From assembly GCF_009914755.1 (NCBI RefSeq), contig NC_060929.1: a DNA stretch of 64,000 bases. One strand, written 5' to 3'. This document shows, in pieces, positions 39,748-54,159 of the stretch. Every line of letters begins with the position of its first letter. The first letter of the stretch is position 1. The notes beneath the pieces are model-generated. The model saw nothing but the letters and a program-made list of their open reading frames with translations, made no database searches and was not told where the DNA came from. This DNA comes from the human T2T-CHM13v2.0 reference genome, Homo sapiens. The position numbers and the translations under genes were made by a program.

Positions 39748-41789
39748 TTACTAAGAAATAAAGGTGCTCCTTCTTTGTGTGCATATTTTTTTTGTTTTCA
39801 TGGGAATATTTACTTTTTTTCCTTGTTGGACAGGGGAGTTATTTAAAGGAATGGTCAAAGAAAACTAAAAGGACCAGCTCTCCACCAATAGCTATAATAA
39901 CTAAATCTATGCCTATGCAGAATCTTGTGAGAGAAAACCAAGCAGAAGGGACAATGAAAGTTGTATGGAAAGACAATAGCATGGATGAGAAGTCAGCAGT
40001 GAAGCAGCTTTTGCTGTTGTGTCAGAGCAGAAAATAGAAGAGTGGGCTGGCACAAGGCAGCAGCTACGCTCTGCTCAGACCAACTCTTCTCTGGACATTG
40101 CCACTCCAGGAACACAAACCCATGGTGGCCACCTCCTCAGCTGTTGCTGTGACACATTTTAGGATCATGAGTGGAAGGAACTCCCTGAGCATTTCTAGGT
40201 ACCAAACCAATACAAACAAACTTCATTTTATGGAATTCCTCCCTGCTGAAGTAGACATTCAAAAAACATTCGTAATGTCCCAGCTCTTGGAAGAAACAGA
40301 TGCAATGAGAGACCTCCCACTCATGGGTCTGCTTCTGCCACAAAGGTATAATGTGTGTGACAATCAAAAAGTATCATGTCAGAGTGGGAAGCATTCATGA
40401 TGAAAAGTCAAACTGACCTGGGTTCAAATTCTGGCTCAGCTACTTGAAGATAGATGAATAATAAACAGGAATAATTTATATATATTTTTAAAACGAAAGT
40501 CTACTGGGAAACCCACTGAATGCTATATTTCTAAGACCCAGATGCCAATCCTATGCCGCTGTTCTTATAAGCCACTTCTCTTTGCACCTGTTGCTGTTTG
40601 CTTCCCTCATCCCAAACATACCAGACTGTGCAGGCTCCCCTCCTCTGAGTCCCCATTACACCCTGTCAATTTCCACATCCATCTGCGATTTCCTGGTTTG
40701 TGATTCTCAGTTTCTTTTGTCTTACTGCTAACCTAGAAATACTAGAGTTTAGGAAAGTCTCACTTGAAGGGACTAAAAGTCTCAACACAGCACTAAACAA
40801 GTCATCCATAGCGACAACACGATCACTGATCCAGTACAATATCTTATGGTGCCTAGAAAAGCACTCACAGCTATTACTTTCTCCTCAGCATTGTTTTACT
40901 GTTTATTGCCTGCCTTCCCTCTTATATGTGCACAAAGCACATTTCTCCTGTGAGTCAGTAAACTATACATCTGATTCGGCAGGGGTTTAACATTGTGCTT
41001 CACCTGTTTCATTCCCACAGAGAAGGTGGCACCTGGAGCTCAATCACATTTCCCAGTCTAAGACCTTCTCAATCTAATTCCATCTGACTGACATCATAGT
41101 GACAGGCTGTATCCTCAGAGAGAACAACAAAGAAAATCGTACCCTGATCTAAAATCCGTTGCTCACTTGTGAATGTTTCACAGCACCGTGGTTGAGAACC
41201 ACAAGTTTATGAACTTGTCTGTCTGCCTAACATGACAATAAGATCCTTAATATCCTTAGGAAGAGGACTTGTCTTTTTCACCACTGTGTGTATGCCATGA
41301 TGCTGGGCAGAGTAGGCACTCAAAAAGATTTATAAAATGAGTTTCAAGAGCAATAAAAATAATAGCATTTAGGTATTCACAGCTTCCCCCAACCATGTCA
41401 GCTGGTGAAGAAGGAAATACTCTTTGGTAATCATGGAGCCATGGCCTGGATTACTGTTGTAGATATCAAGGTAATGGAAAGAGTGGCTGAAATGAAAGGA
41501 TTAGGGAAAAGCTAAATTAGTGTACATTAGAATAGCCTAGAACTCAAAGAAGGGCAATTAATAATAAAGGTGAAATTAAGGAGAGAGAGGGAGTGAGGGA
41601 GAAAAGCCAAGAAAAATAGAGATGAAGAAGGGATGGATGAGAAAAGAGACATTTGAGCGGATTCCTTTCTGTAATGAATACAATGAAAATAGAATGAAGG
41701 TAAAGAGGATGCTTAAAACATGTAGAGTGTGCCCTATAGCGAGTTTCTCCCCTGTAGCATTTTTCCAAGCAACTTCGGTAAAGATTTAA

Positions 41790-42780
41790 ATTAGTTTTTA
41801 CTACTTTAGGAAAAATATTAAACTGGTATCTCTTTTGAATGAATGCAATGCTGAAACATCATAAGGTAACCCAAGTTTGAGTCACCTTCAACTCAAACCC
41901 AAGTTTGTTTGAGTTATAGATGGAACTGGAATAATTTCCTGGGTAAGTGGAGGGTGAATGCTGTCACAGACCAAGCAATCCAATGTGAATTCCTCTGACT
42001 TTTTATTGGCCGTGTCTGGTGCTCTCTCATAAGTTTGAACACTGTTATGAATTTGGGGCAATTCTGCATGATGATATTACACAAGGTGGAAACAAGTATG
42101 TATTCAGAGGAGCAGGATGTAGCCAGCAGAGCTTCATTCTGGTGACTGTTGGAGTTTTCTTGACCTCTGACATTGAATGTCAAGCATTGAGGAGTGGTCC
42201 AAGAATCCAGACCTGTCATCTGCAATGAGTCTGAGCTCAAAGCCATCTCTAATGTATTCAAATCTGGACCTTATTCCAGCTCCAAACCCTGCAGGGCTCT
42301 TCACTTCCGTAGAGATAGGCAGCGCAGGGAGGGCTAGAGGGTCTCATAAACCAATAGCCTAGTCACTGGTGCTTTTAAAAAACACCACAGAGGCTTAGTC
42401 TGATTGCTCATTAATACCTCTCCACTTTGACCAGTAGAAACTGCTCCACCCTTCCTCACACAAGCATTCTCTGGGCATCCTTTGTTAAAAATTTTATTTA
42501 GTATAACAATACTATTAATTTTCAAAATATTTCATAGTTATTGATGGGGCTTGTGGCAGAATTGAGTTATAAAGAAACACATGTGTTCTGATCTAGGTCC
42601 ATTCCTCTAAAGATGATCATAGTTACACAGTTAACTGAACCGACCATTGAATGGAGCTAGCATGCTTGATAGGTTTTCTGTTATCAACAATCATTCCAGG
42701 AAGCAAAGGGGAAAAGAATCACAAATTTCCAGTAGATTGCTCTCTCACATCTGTCAGGTCTCCATTCATTTGTGATCTCT
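41790..42780 (-). pseudogene. Decayed paramyxovirus-like nucleoprotein (N) fragment
   Basis: Track ORFs 42334..42525 and 41914..42261 plus frameshifts read IVILNKIFNK...KAPVTRLLVYETL...LQMTGLDSW...EALLATSCSSEYILVSTLCNI...FKLM...AWSV...NKLGFEL. These blocks parallel the paramyxovirus N core (VLLAKAVT / LRRFMV / EAGLASF / PALGLHEFAGELSTLESLMNL / LWSYA / FRLGQEM). Confidence 0.6.
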
Positions 42781-42789
42781 CTAGAGGGG

Positions 42790-43070
42790 GTTTTTGACCA
42801 AAAATAGCATCTTGTGCCACCTTCTATATCCCTACCCTGTTTTACTTTCCTTTGTAGCTCTTATCACTCTGTCATTATAACGCATGCTTATCCACTTACT
42901 TATTGCCTGCCTCCCCAAATGGAATGTGAGTTACATTAGGGTTGGGACTTTACTGATGCACCCTAAAACAGTTTCTAACATATACAAAGTGCTCAATGTG
43001 TATCATTAAATATATTGATGTTGAGTGAATAAATAAATTGTCCAATGAAATTAATAGAATGAATGAATGG
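42790..43070 (+). mobile_element. L2 3' end
   Basis: gtgctcaat...gaatgaatgaat tail. Confidence 0.7.
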
Positions 43071-43149
43071 ACACATATAATATGCCAGCAATGGTGGATA
43101 AATGGTTTACAAATAATAAACATTTAAATCAAGTTCAACCCTGTCAGGG

Positions 43150-43610
<461 letters not shown>

Positions 43611-44359
43611 TCACTGTGCAAAAGCTATAGGTCAGGCTAGTTTAATATCCTTCAAAACTATAATGCTAAAGAGAGTACTTAAAGGAAATGATTTAATGAC
43701 GCTTTAGTGTTGGACTTGGTATCTCCTGGCCTTTTCTTCCATCTCCTACCTCCTCCCAATTACATCTGACTTGGGCATCAAAACAAGACTCGCCTGGGTC
43801 CCTGGGCTGAAAAATAAAGCTTGCTTGTGCTGGTCTCTACACCTTGGGCAGGCTTTCTCTTTCCTCAGGCATGTGAGGAAAGCAGAACAGCCACAAGTCT
43901 ATCAGAGCTGAGGGAGCTAGCTGTGTGTTTGTCTACCAAGTGTTGGCAGTCCTGGGAAGTATGGATGCACAGCATCATGCACAACCTGGTGGGACTCAGT
44001 AAGACAAAAGGAAGGAAGGTTAAGTGAGTAACAAGTGTGTTCACAACAAGATAGAAGTAAACCAGGCAGGGAGTCCAGTGTTGACAGGAAGAAGTTACTC
44101 GATGACTAATTGGAGAGAAGGACAAAGCTATGATACTGAAGGACAAGAAGGAGCAATGCATGATGTAAGTAACTGTGTGGTTGCTGAGTCTACCCCATAA
44201 GGTAGTTGTTTACCTTTTATGGTTTATGTTCTTGGATTGTGCACTGGGTTTGATGACTCAACTGGGTAAGGGCCAGATGGTTTTCTAATGTATCTTTTGT
44301 CTCCAGAAGGACAGAAATTTGAGCTTTAAGGCATCTTGAGTTACCTTGAAATGTAATTT

Positions 44360-47300
44360 TTTCTTGTTTTTTTTGTTTTATTTTTTATGCTTTGTTATTG
44401 AGGCATAATTTACATTAAACGACATGCACAAGCCAGACATGGTGGCTCACACCTGTAATCCCAACACTTTGGGAGGCTGAGGCAGGAGGATTGCTTGAGT
44501 TCAGGAGTTCGAGAACAGCCTGAACAACATAGTAAGACCTCGTCTCTACAAAATAAATAAAAAAATAAATAATTAGCTAGTGTGATCGTGCATGCCTGTA
44601 GTCCCAGACACTTAGGAGGCTAAAGTAGAAGAATGGCTTGAGCCCAAGGAGATCAAGGCTGCAGTGAGCTATGATCATGCCATTGCACTCTAGCCTGGGT
44701 GGCAGAGCAACACCCTGTCTCAAAAAAAAAAATGACATGCACAGATCATAAATGCACAGTTTGGTGAATGCTGACATAGGCATATCCACATAACTCACAC
44801 TGCAAACAAGATAGAGAATATTTACATAAATTTAAACAGTTCCCTTGTGCCCCTTCTCAGACAATCCAACTTTCTCAAACAACCACTCTTCTGATTTCCT
44901 CATGAGGGATGATTTTTGCCTGTTTTAGAACATCATATAAATGGAATCATATAGTATATTCTTTGTTTCTGGCCTGTTTTGATTATTATAATGTTTTTGA
45001 GATCTTCTATGATTTGTCTTCAGTATTTGATTCATTTTTATTGCTACGTAGTATTCCATTGGAAATACACCAAATTTGTTATCCAAACATCACACATTTG
45101 CCCACTTTCTAATTGGATTGATTCATTTTGTTCTGTTGGGTTTTGATAGCTTTTTTGTGTATCTTAGGTACTAGTCATTTATTGAACATACGGTCTGCTA
45201 ATCTTTTCTCCATTGTGTAGCTTGTCTTTCATCTTTTTTCAACATGGGCTTTCATATAGCAATCGTTTTTATTTTGATGAAGTTCAATGCATCAATTTTT
45301 CCTTTTATGGATTGTATTTCATGCATGGAGTCTAAGAACTCTTTGCCTAGCCCTAATTCTCAAATTTTCCTTGTGTTTTCCTAAAAGTTTTGTAATTTTA
45401 CATTTTACATTTATGTTTACAATCCATTTTTGGTTAATTTTTCTTTGAGGCATGAAGTTTTCTTGCCTATGTTCATCTTTTTGGATATGGATGTCCAATT
45501 GCTCCAGGATTTGTCAAAAAGACTGCTATCCTCCCACCATTAAATTGTTTTTGTACCTGTGCACCATACGAAACAGCACATTCCTATGGGTTTATTTCTG
45601 GGTTCTCTATTATGCTTCATTGTTACATGTGTCTATCTCTCTGCCCATGCCATTCCAAATAAACCATAGAATTGGTTTGTATATTTAATTAATTAATTAA
45701 TTAATAGTGAAAGAAATTGCATTAAACCTATAGATCAATTTGGAAAGAATTGAAATCTTTGTTGGGTCTTCTAATCTAGCTATGTGATATGTCTCTCCAT
45801 TTATTTAGTTTTTAAAAGATTTAATCTGCATTTTATAATTTTCAAGATATAGATCCTATAAAATATTTTGTCAAATGTATATTTAAATATTTTAATTTTT
45901 GGAGGAATTGCAATGGTATTGTATTTTTTCATTTCAGTTTCACATGTTATTGTTAGTATATAAAAATGAGATTTATTTGTGTGTGTTGATCTTGTATGGA
46001 GTCATTGCTGAATTCACATTAATTCTAGAAGTACTTTTTGGTACATTTCTTGAAATTTCTACATAAACAACCATATCCTCTGCAAACAGAAATAATTTTA
46101 TTCTTTTTCAATCTTTAGAATTTTATTTCTTTTTCTCAACTTATTGCAATGACTAGGACCTCTAGTACTATGTTGAGTAAGAATGGACAGAATGAACATC
46201 CTTGCCTTGTTACCGATCTTGGGGGAAAAGCGTTTAGTCCTTTTCTATTAAGTATGATGTCAGCTGTAAGATTTTTGTAGATGCTATCTATCAAAATGTG
46301 GTAATTCTCCTCTATACTAACTGGAAATTTTTATTATGAATGAGCATTGGATTTTTTCAAATGCTTTTACAATTTTTGTTTTTTGTTTTTTTTTTTTAAG
46401 ACGGAGTCTCACTCTGTCACCCAGGCTGGAGTGCAGTGGCACAATCACTGCTCACTTTAGCCTCACTCTTCTGGGCTCAAGCAATCCTCCTACCTCAGAC
46501 CCTTGAGTACTTGGGGCTACAGGCACGTGCCTCGATGCCCAGCTAATTTTTTAATCATTTGTAGCAATGGGGTCACACTATGTTGCCCAGGTTGATCTTG
46601 CACTCCTGGGCTCAAGGGATCTTCCCACCTCGGCCTCCCAAATTGCTAGGGATACTGCACCAGGCTTTCAAATACATTTTCTGCTTCAATTGATATGACC
46701 ATATAATTTTTCTTGAATGTTATCAACCTTGTTGATATGGTTGATTATACTGATTGATTTGGGAATGAGGAACCAGCCTTGCATACCCAGAATAAGTCCC
46801 ACATGGTCATGGTGCACAATTCTTTTAAATCATTTTTAGATTTGATTTGCTGGTGTTTTGTTGAGGAAATTTTTGTCTAATTTCATAACAGATATTGTTC
46901 TGTTGTTTTCTTTTTTTACTATCTTTGTCTGATTTTGGTATCGGGGCAACACTGGCCAGATAAAATGAGTTGAAAAGTGTTCCTTCTTCTATTTTCTGGA
47001 GGATGTGGTTATAAAATTGGAGTTAATTTTTCCTTAAGTATTTGGTAGCATTCTCCAGTTAAATCATCTAGATCTAAAGTTTTGTTTTGTTTTGTTTTGG
47101 TGACAGAGTCTCACTCTGTCACCCAGGCTGGAGTGCAGTGGCACAATCTTGGCTCACTGCAATCTCCTCCTTGGGGGTTCAAGTGATTCTCGTGCCTCAG
47201 CCTCCGGAGTAACTGGGGTCACAAGCACACATCACCATGCCCGGCTAATTTTTATACTTTTAGTAGAGATGGGGTTTAGCCATGTTGACCAGGCTGGTCT

Positions 47301-50300
47301 TGAACTTCTGGCCTCAAGTGATCCACTGGCCTCTACCTCCCAAAGTGCTGGGATTACAGGTGTGAGCCACCGCACCTGACATATATCTAAAGATTTTTTT
47401 TCATATTTTTTATTATGAATTCATTTTTTTTAAATGTTGTAGGGCTATTTGTATTACCTATTTTATCTGGATTGAATTTTGGTTGTTTGTGGTATTTCTT
47501 TTTTGTTTTCGTTTTTGTTTTTTCTAATTATACAGCTTGTAAGTGGCCCTAACTGACCTCTTTCCAGTTTTATTTTTTAAGTTCCAAGGTACAAGTACAG
47601 GATGTGTAGGTTTGTTACATAGGTAAATGTGTGCCATGGTGGTTTGCTGCACCTAACAACCCATCGCCTAGGTATTAAGCCCATCATGCATTAGCTCTTT
47701 TCCCTAATGCTCTTCCCATCCTTCGCCCTCCCACAACAGGCCCCAGTGTGTGTCGTTCCCCTTCCTATGTCCATGTGTTCTCATTGCTTAGCTCCCACTT
47801 ACAAGTGAGAACATGTGGGTTTGGTTTTCTGTTTCTGCCTTAGTTTGCTGAGGATAATGGCTTCCAGCTTCATCCATGTCCCAGTTTGTGGTTTTTCAGG
47901 AAATTGATTGATTTATATTCTAAGTTGTTAAATATATGATCATAAAGTTGGTCACAGAATTCCATTATTATCTTGTAGGATTTGTAATGATCTAACTTTA
48001 CTTTCTGCCTTTTCATTTTTGTTAGTCTTGGTGGAGGTTTATCAATTTTATTAATTTTTTTAAGAATTAGTTATTTTCATTGATTTTCTTTGTCATTTTG
48101 CTGCTTTAAATTTTATTTAATTCCACTCTGATCTTTATTATTTTCTTCTTTCTGCTTGTCTGGGGCTTATTTTTCTCTTACTTTTCTAGTTTCTTGAGGT
48201 AGGAACTTAAATTATTGATTTGAGACTTTTCCTTGTTTTTAATGTAAGCATTTAGTGCCATAAATTTCCCTCTCAGCACTACTTCAGATAGATCCCACAT
48301 AATCTCATATGTTGTATTTTCATTTTCACTCAGTTCTGTATATTTTTAATTTCCTTTGAGACTCCCTGTTTGACGTATGAAATATTTAGAAGCATGTTAT
48401 TTAGTTTCCTTATTTTTAGAAATTTTCCTGTCTTCTGTTATTGGTTTCTAGTTTGATTCTATTATCAACATACTCTGTATGATTTTAATTCTTTCAAATT
48501 TGTTGGTGTCTGTTTTATGGTCCAGCATACAGTTTGTCTTAGTATATGTTCTGTGTTCTCTTGAAAAGGGTACATAGTTTACTGTTTTGGGATGGAATCT
48601 TCGTTCTATTATGTTGATGCAAAAGTAATTGCAGTTTTTGCCATATATATATTTTTTGACATTAATATATATGTCATTAGATCCTGTTTGTGTATTGTGT
48701 TGTTCAGATCTTCTATATCCTTGCTGATTTTCTTTCTAGTCTTTCTGTCAGTTGCTGAGAGAAGGGTATGGAAGTCTTCAACTATAGTTGTGAGTGTGTC
48801 TATTTCTCCTTTCAGTTCTATTGGTTCTTGCCACGTGTATTTTGAAGTACTGTTGCTTGGTATGTAAACATATGACTTTCTAGTGAACTAATTCTTTTAT
48901 CATTATGTAATGTCTCTCTTTGTTGTTAGCAATTTTCTTGGCTCTGGTGTCTAATTTATCAGATATAAATATAGCCAATTCTGCCTTCTTTGTTAATGTT
49001 TGCATGATAATCTTTTTCCATTTTTTTTTTATTTTCAACATACCTATGTCACTAAATTTGATGTGAGTTTCTTATGGACCGCATATAGTTGAGCATATGC
49101 TCAACTGTATGCGGTCCATAAGAAAATAGGTAATACAATCTCACCTTTTGATTGGTATATTTAGACAATGTACATTTAGGGCACTTAGGGCTTCCATTTT
49201 ACTATTTGTTTTCTGTTCATTTCTCCTTGTTTCATTTCCTCTGTTTATCTTTTATTATCTTCCTATGGGTTACTTCAGAAAAAAAAATTAAAATTTAGTC
49301 TTGACATATTTATTTCTTTACTGAGATTTTCTACTTTTTCATTTGTTTGAAGTGAATCTGCAATTTATTGTTGAAACATTTTCATGACAGTTGCTTTAAA
49401 ATACATGTCAAATAATTCCAACACCTGACTCATCTCAGTGTTAGCATTAGTTGATTGTCTTTTCCTGTTGAAGTTGGGGATGTTTTAGTTCTTGGTGTAG
49501 CCAGTGTTTTTAAATTGTATGTTGGACATTTTGTCTGTTTTTTTAGGAGATGCTAGGTCTTATTTAAAGCTCTTTTAGCAGGCAGTTACCCTATTTAGGT
49601 TTAGCACACAGGTCCTGGCTTACTTTTGCAGGCTATGATTCCAATAGCAGTTTAATTTTCAGAGCTTTGGCCTGTTATTTGGTTTGCTTGGCTTACCTGT
49701 TGCTACTGGAGCGTCCACTGGTTCCTGCCAGTATTGCTTGAAGAAAGTGGAAGGGGTTTCCCTAGACTAGGCTGCTTCTGTCTCTCCATGGAGGAAGAAC
49801 TCAGGTCTCAGGGACAAAGAGGCTTTCTGGGGCAAACCATTTGTGTGGCTGGGTCCTTTCTGCTGGTTCTGCCTGCCTGTTCCCATGTGTCCCAGTGGGG
49901 AAGGAGTCCTAGGCACGTGGAAGTGGAGGTGGGGAGCTTCCTAGGCCAGGTACCTACTGTGGCATAATCCTCTTACAAATATGCCCCAGTGCTGCCCTGG
50001 TGTCCCTGGGCAGGGTCCTGAGCTCAAAGAGGCTTCCAGAGGCCTGGCCAATTGTTATGGCTGCATCCCTCTTGCCAGTTTCTCCCTCTAGCTTAGGTAT
50101 ATTTCGGCACAGGAGAATAGTCACCACCTGGCAGAAAAGGGGAGTGCTTCCCAGACACTTATTGTTAGCAGGGGTTCTAGCTCTATTCCTCTTGCCCTTC
50201 GTGTCACCTGGTTTCAGAGGGATATTTTCAGAGAGACTCTCTTTTGATGTGGGAGAGAAATGAGCCAACTTGGGCTATCTTCTATTGTAGGTTGGGGGTC

Positions 50301-50530
50301 AGGAAATGCCAAGTCTAGGTTGCCTTCTTGTGGCAGCTAGGGCCCATAAGATGCCATTCCGCTGTGCTATTCCTCCTGACTAGTGTCCCACACCAGTTTT
50401 CCTTGTTCTTATCACCTTTCAGAGTTCTCTTTCAGCCATCTCTTGAGTAATTTCAAGGGTTTACAGTTCATTGTAGTTCATGGGGCAGAACAGGAAGAAA
50501 CAAATTTACAACATCTTGTCCAGAACAGAG
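44360..50530 (-). mobile_element. Long old L1M (antisense) with nested Alus (44432-44732, 46375-46665, 47080-47380), an L1PA 3' piece (47565-47882) and MADE1 (~48605-48660)
   Basis: Continuous antisense 3' UTR, ORF2, ORF1 and 5' region; Alu TSD gacatgcaca at 44421/44734. Confidence 0.8.
49068..49125. repeat. 58-bp palindrome (29-bp arms, no spacer, 1 mismatch)
   Basis: tttcttatggaccgcatatagttgagcat|atgctcaactgtatgcggtccataagaaa. Confidence 0.95.
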
Positions 50531-51029
50531 GTTCAGTATACTTTTGAAAAACAAATTGTCTTTGGCTCTCAGATGCCTTCTACTGCATTTAGAAACTTGG
50601 AAATATTATGGGCCTAGTCATCATTGCAGTAATGATTTTCAGGCACCGCTGCCGTGGGGCAATAACACAGTCCTAAGTTGATGTCTGGATCTATCCTGCA
50701 AGCAGCTGGTGAGAACAAGGGGTCAAGAGGTGATTATTTTGTAAACAGGATCAAAGTCACTGTAGTACTTCCACATACATAGATATTTTCATGTAAGTGT
50801 TGTACATGATATCTTCTTCCTTCTCTTTTCCCATAAGGCTAGTCTTAAAATTAATCTTAACTGGATTTAATATGTCCATAAGACAAAGGAAAGTGAGTAT
50901 AATGGGACTAATCTGGTGCCCTACCACACGTCTTTATTAAAAATTTTATATTAATTTCCCCAGAAACTGGGTAATAAGAGCTTCTACACTAAAATGTAGA
51001 AAAAGTATCGTAAATCAGAATTATGAATT

Positions 51030-52890
51030 GAAATAAATGTGATGAAATTTAATGACGATAATGACAAAATATTGCATTTAGGGACAAAATGTTCATGATT
51101 AACTAAAGAAACAGTTTACCAATAGTTTATTTGAAAACCAAATAGAGAACTTCGTTACTATGATCTACAAAACTTTAGTAATCTTAACGTAAATACTGAA
51201 GTCAGCAGCAGGAGTTATGGGCCCTTCATGCTCTACTACAGTGTTTCTCAAGTTTTAATGTGCATGCAGATTAGCTGGGTATCTTGTAAAACTTAAGATT
51301 CTGATTTAGCATATCTGGAGTAGGGCTTGGGATTCTGCAGTCTAATAAGCTTCGGGCGATGTTGGTTATGTTGGTCAATGGATTACATTTGGAGTAGCAA
51401 GGCCCTGCCTTATACGGATCACTTCTAGGGTGAGATATTTATTTATGAGAAAGCATCACATCTTAAGAGAATCACTGAAAAATGAATTTGTTCAGAAAAG
51501 GCAAGGCAAGGTAGTAAGAAGCTAGAAATTGCTATGGTATGAATGTTTCTGTCTCCTCAAAAATCGTGTTGAAATCCTAGACCCTAAGGTGATGATATTG
51601 GGAGAGTTATGAAGATGGAGCCCTCAGGAACAGGATGACTGCTTCTATTGAAGAGGTCCAACGAAGCTCAATCGTCACTTGCTCCATGTGAGGACACAAT
51701 GAGAAGGCACCATCTATGAGAAAGCAGGCCCTCACCAACCACTGAATCTGCTGGTGCCTTGGTCTTGGATTTCCCAGCCTCTAGTACTGTGAGAAATAAG
51801 TTCATGTTGTTTATAAGCTACCCAGTTTATAACATTTTTTACAGCAGCCTGAAAGGCTAAAACAGAAACTAAGTTTTAACAGTAACAGTAGAAAGGTCAA
51901 CCTTTAATTAGCTAAGAATTCTTTCAAATTTATAATATAAACCATCCAAAGAAAAAGAGGCCAACAAGTTAACCAAAAAGAGAAAAAAAATCACAGAAGA
52001 CCAAACACAGATAACAAACAAACATATGAAGAGATGTTTGACCTCAGTAGTGATCATGGCACACAAATTAAAATAACAATGGGATATTTTTTTCAGCCAG
52101 TACATAGGCAAAAGTTTGATAAAATCCAGTGGGAAAATAGTCACCATCATAAATTGTTGGGATATGAATTGCCACAACCTTTTTGAAAAGTCATATAGCA
52201 TTATCTATTTAAAAAAATCTTAAGTGCACACATATACTTTGGTTTGTCAATTCTACTTACAGGAGTCTTCTTTAATGAAATAAACTGAGAATTACATATA
52301 TACATACAAATATGTTTACTGCAAAGCCTTAAAAACAACCTGAATAGCCAGGCACAGTGGCTCACGCCTGTAATCCCAGCACTTTGGGAGGCCGAGACGG
52401 GCGGATCACAAGGTCAGGAGATCGAGACCATCCTGGCTAACACGGTGAAATCCCCGTCTCCACTAAAAATACAAAAAATTAGCTGGACGTGGTGGCGGGT
52501 GCCTGTAGTCCCAGCTACTCAGGAGGCTGAGGCAGGAGAATGGTGTGAACCCAGGAGGCGGAGCTTGCAGTGAGCCGAGACTGCGCCACTCCACTCCAGC
52601 CTGGGCGACAGAGCGAAACTCTGTCTCAAAAAATAAATAAATAAATAAATAAATAAATAAACAATCTGAATACCCATCAACTAATAATTGACTAAACTGT
52701 AGCACATGCAATATAAGAGAACTTTCTAATAAATTCCTGCCTCCCAAGGGTGGGATGAGGAATTAGTAAACTCTTTGCAATAGAATGTTCAATCCGAGGT
52801 CATAAGAAATACTGTTTGGGAAATTCTTGCACAGGACATCTTGCAAGACACCAGCCTGCATTATTTCTAAGTTTCCTTCTGACTCTAAAA
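51030..52890 (+). mobile_element. L3/CR1 LINE 3' fragment interrupted by MER5A (51239-51402), MLT1A (51530-51864), L1ME (~51910-52710) and AluY (52347-52660)
   Basis: CR1-like atgaaatttaat..aaatattgcatttagg, gttcagaaaaggcaa and 3' end gtttccttctgactctaaa; MLT1A TSD gaaat/gaaac; Alu TSD aaacaa(c/t)ctgaat. Confidence 0.65.
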
Positions 52891-54159
52891 CATATGTCTA
52901 CAAATTAGGCAGAGTGACCTTCTTATGGTAAAGGAAAAGAAAGAGAGGCAAATTTTTCACTTTATTTATATCTGCTCTCCTCATTTTAGAATTGAGGTTT
53001 TGGGAGTAGGTTTAAGGGGTAGAATATTTTCATTAGTATGTATAGAGGCCACAGACTGAAGCTATTTCATTTAGATACATAATAAATTTGGAAAAATGGT
53101 TATTGGTTTCTTTATCTCTAATTGTTCAAACAAGATCCGTATTTCAGAAAATGCCTCCTTCATATTCACAGTCACTCGTTGAAAGTGACTAATTTATGAC
53201 TGGGCAGGGACACAGCGTCAAACACTCTGAGCATATGGATAAGTGACTCGCTGTGTGTCTAAGATCGATGGAGCCTGACGCCTGCTCCCTTGCCAGGAGC
53301 GTGGGCCAGCATAAATGTACTCAGGAAGGGGAGAATGGCATCTCATTATGTACTGGGACGGAGTGAGCAGTGCGCGGCTGGAAGCCTGCATTTCCCTCCA
53401 TTAGCGGTTTGCAAACTGTAACCCTCCCTCAGAGTTGTTTCTGGGGCTCAGCAAGCATTTATTACAAGTGTTTAAAATATGTTTAAATAATTATTTTTAA
53501 AAAACTAATTAAAAACCAGAAAACACATTCAATGGAATATATGCCAAGTTTTAACACACTAGAAACCATTAAATATTAATATATATTCTTATTGATAGGC
53601 TCTTTAGAAAAGAATGTGAATGTCAATGCATAAGTTTGTATAGAAAATACTGTTTTACCTATTTTGTGATTCATGATTTCATGATTTGTGATTTCTTTTG
53701 GAAAAAGCAAATTATGCTAGAATTTTTATAGACCCTTCCCAAAATCACAAGTTAGGGAAAGACAGAAAAGTAAGGGTGAAAGGAACAGAGCCTGAGAAAT
53801 CGCTGTTAGAATGATTAGTGCATATATTGCCCAAACCTTTAATGGTTTTTATGGCTGTCCTTCAGAACGCCCCACCTTAAAAAAGTCTTTATTAAACTTA
53901 GAGCATTTAAGTGTATTTTATTCTTTTCAGAATTGGATAATTTTCTTCTCTTATTCTTTTTTTTTTTTTACTGTATTTTTTTGGCTGGGAGGAGGTTGAT
54001 GCCAGGAGTTGTATTTGAATTGAATCTTTGGTAATAAGGTTTAATATGATTACTTGCTTGACAATTTCTGTTCAAAGGAGGGGGCTCTTCTCAAAACACT
54101 CAGTTCTTTCTCTATTATAAACATATTTTGAGACATTAAATGAACTGGGAAAGTTTCCA

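Noticed and set aside
40098-40400. 100-aa plus-strand ORF
   Set aside because: It has no recognisable motif or splice context and lies on the opposite strand to the viral-like frames.
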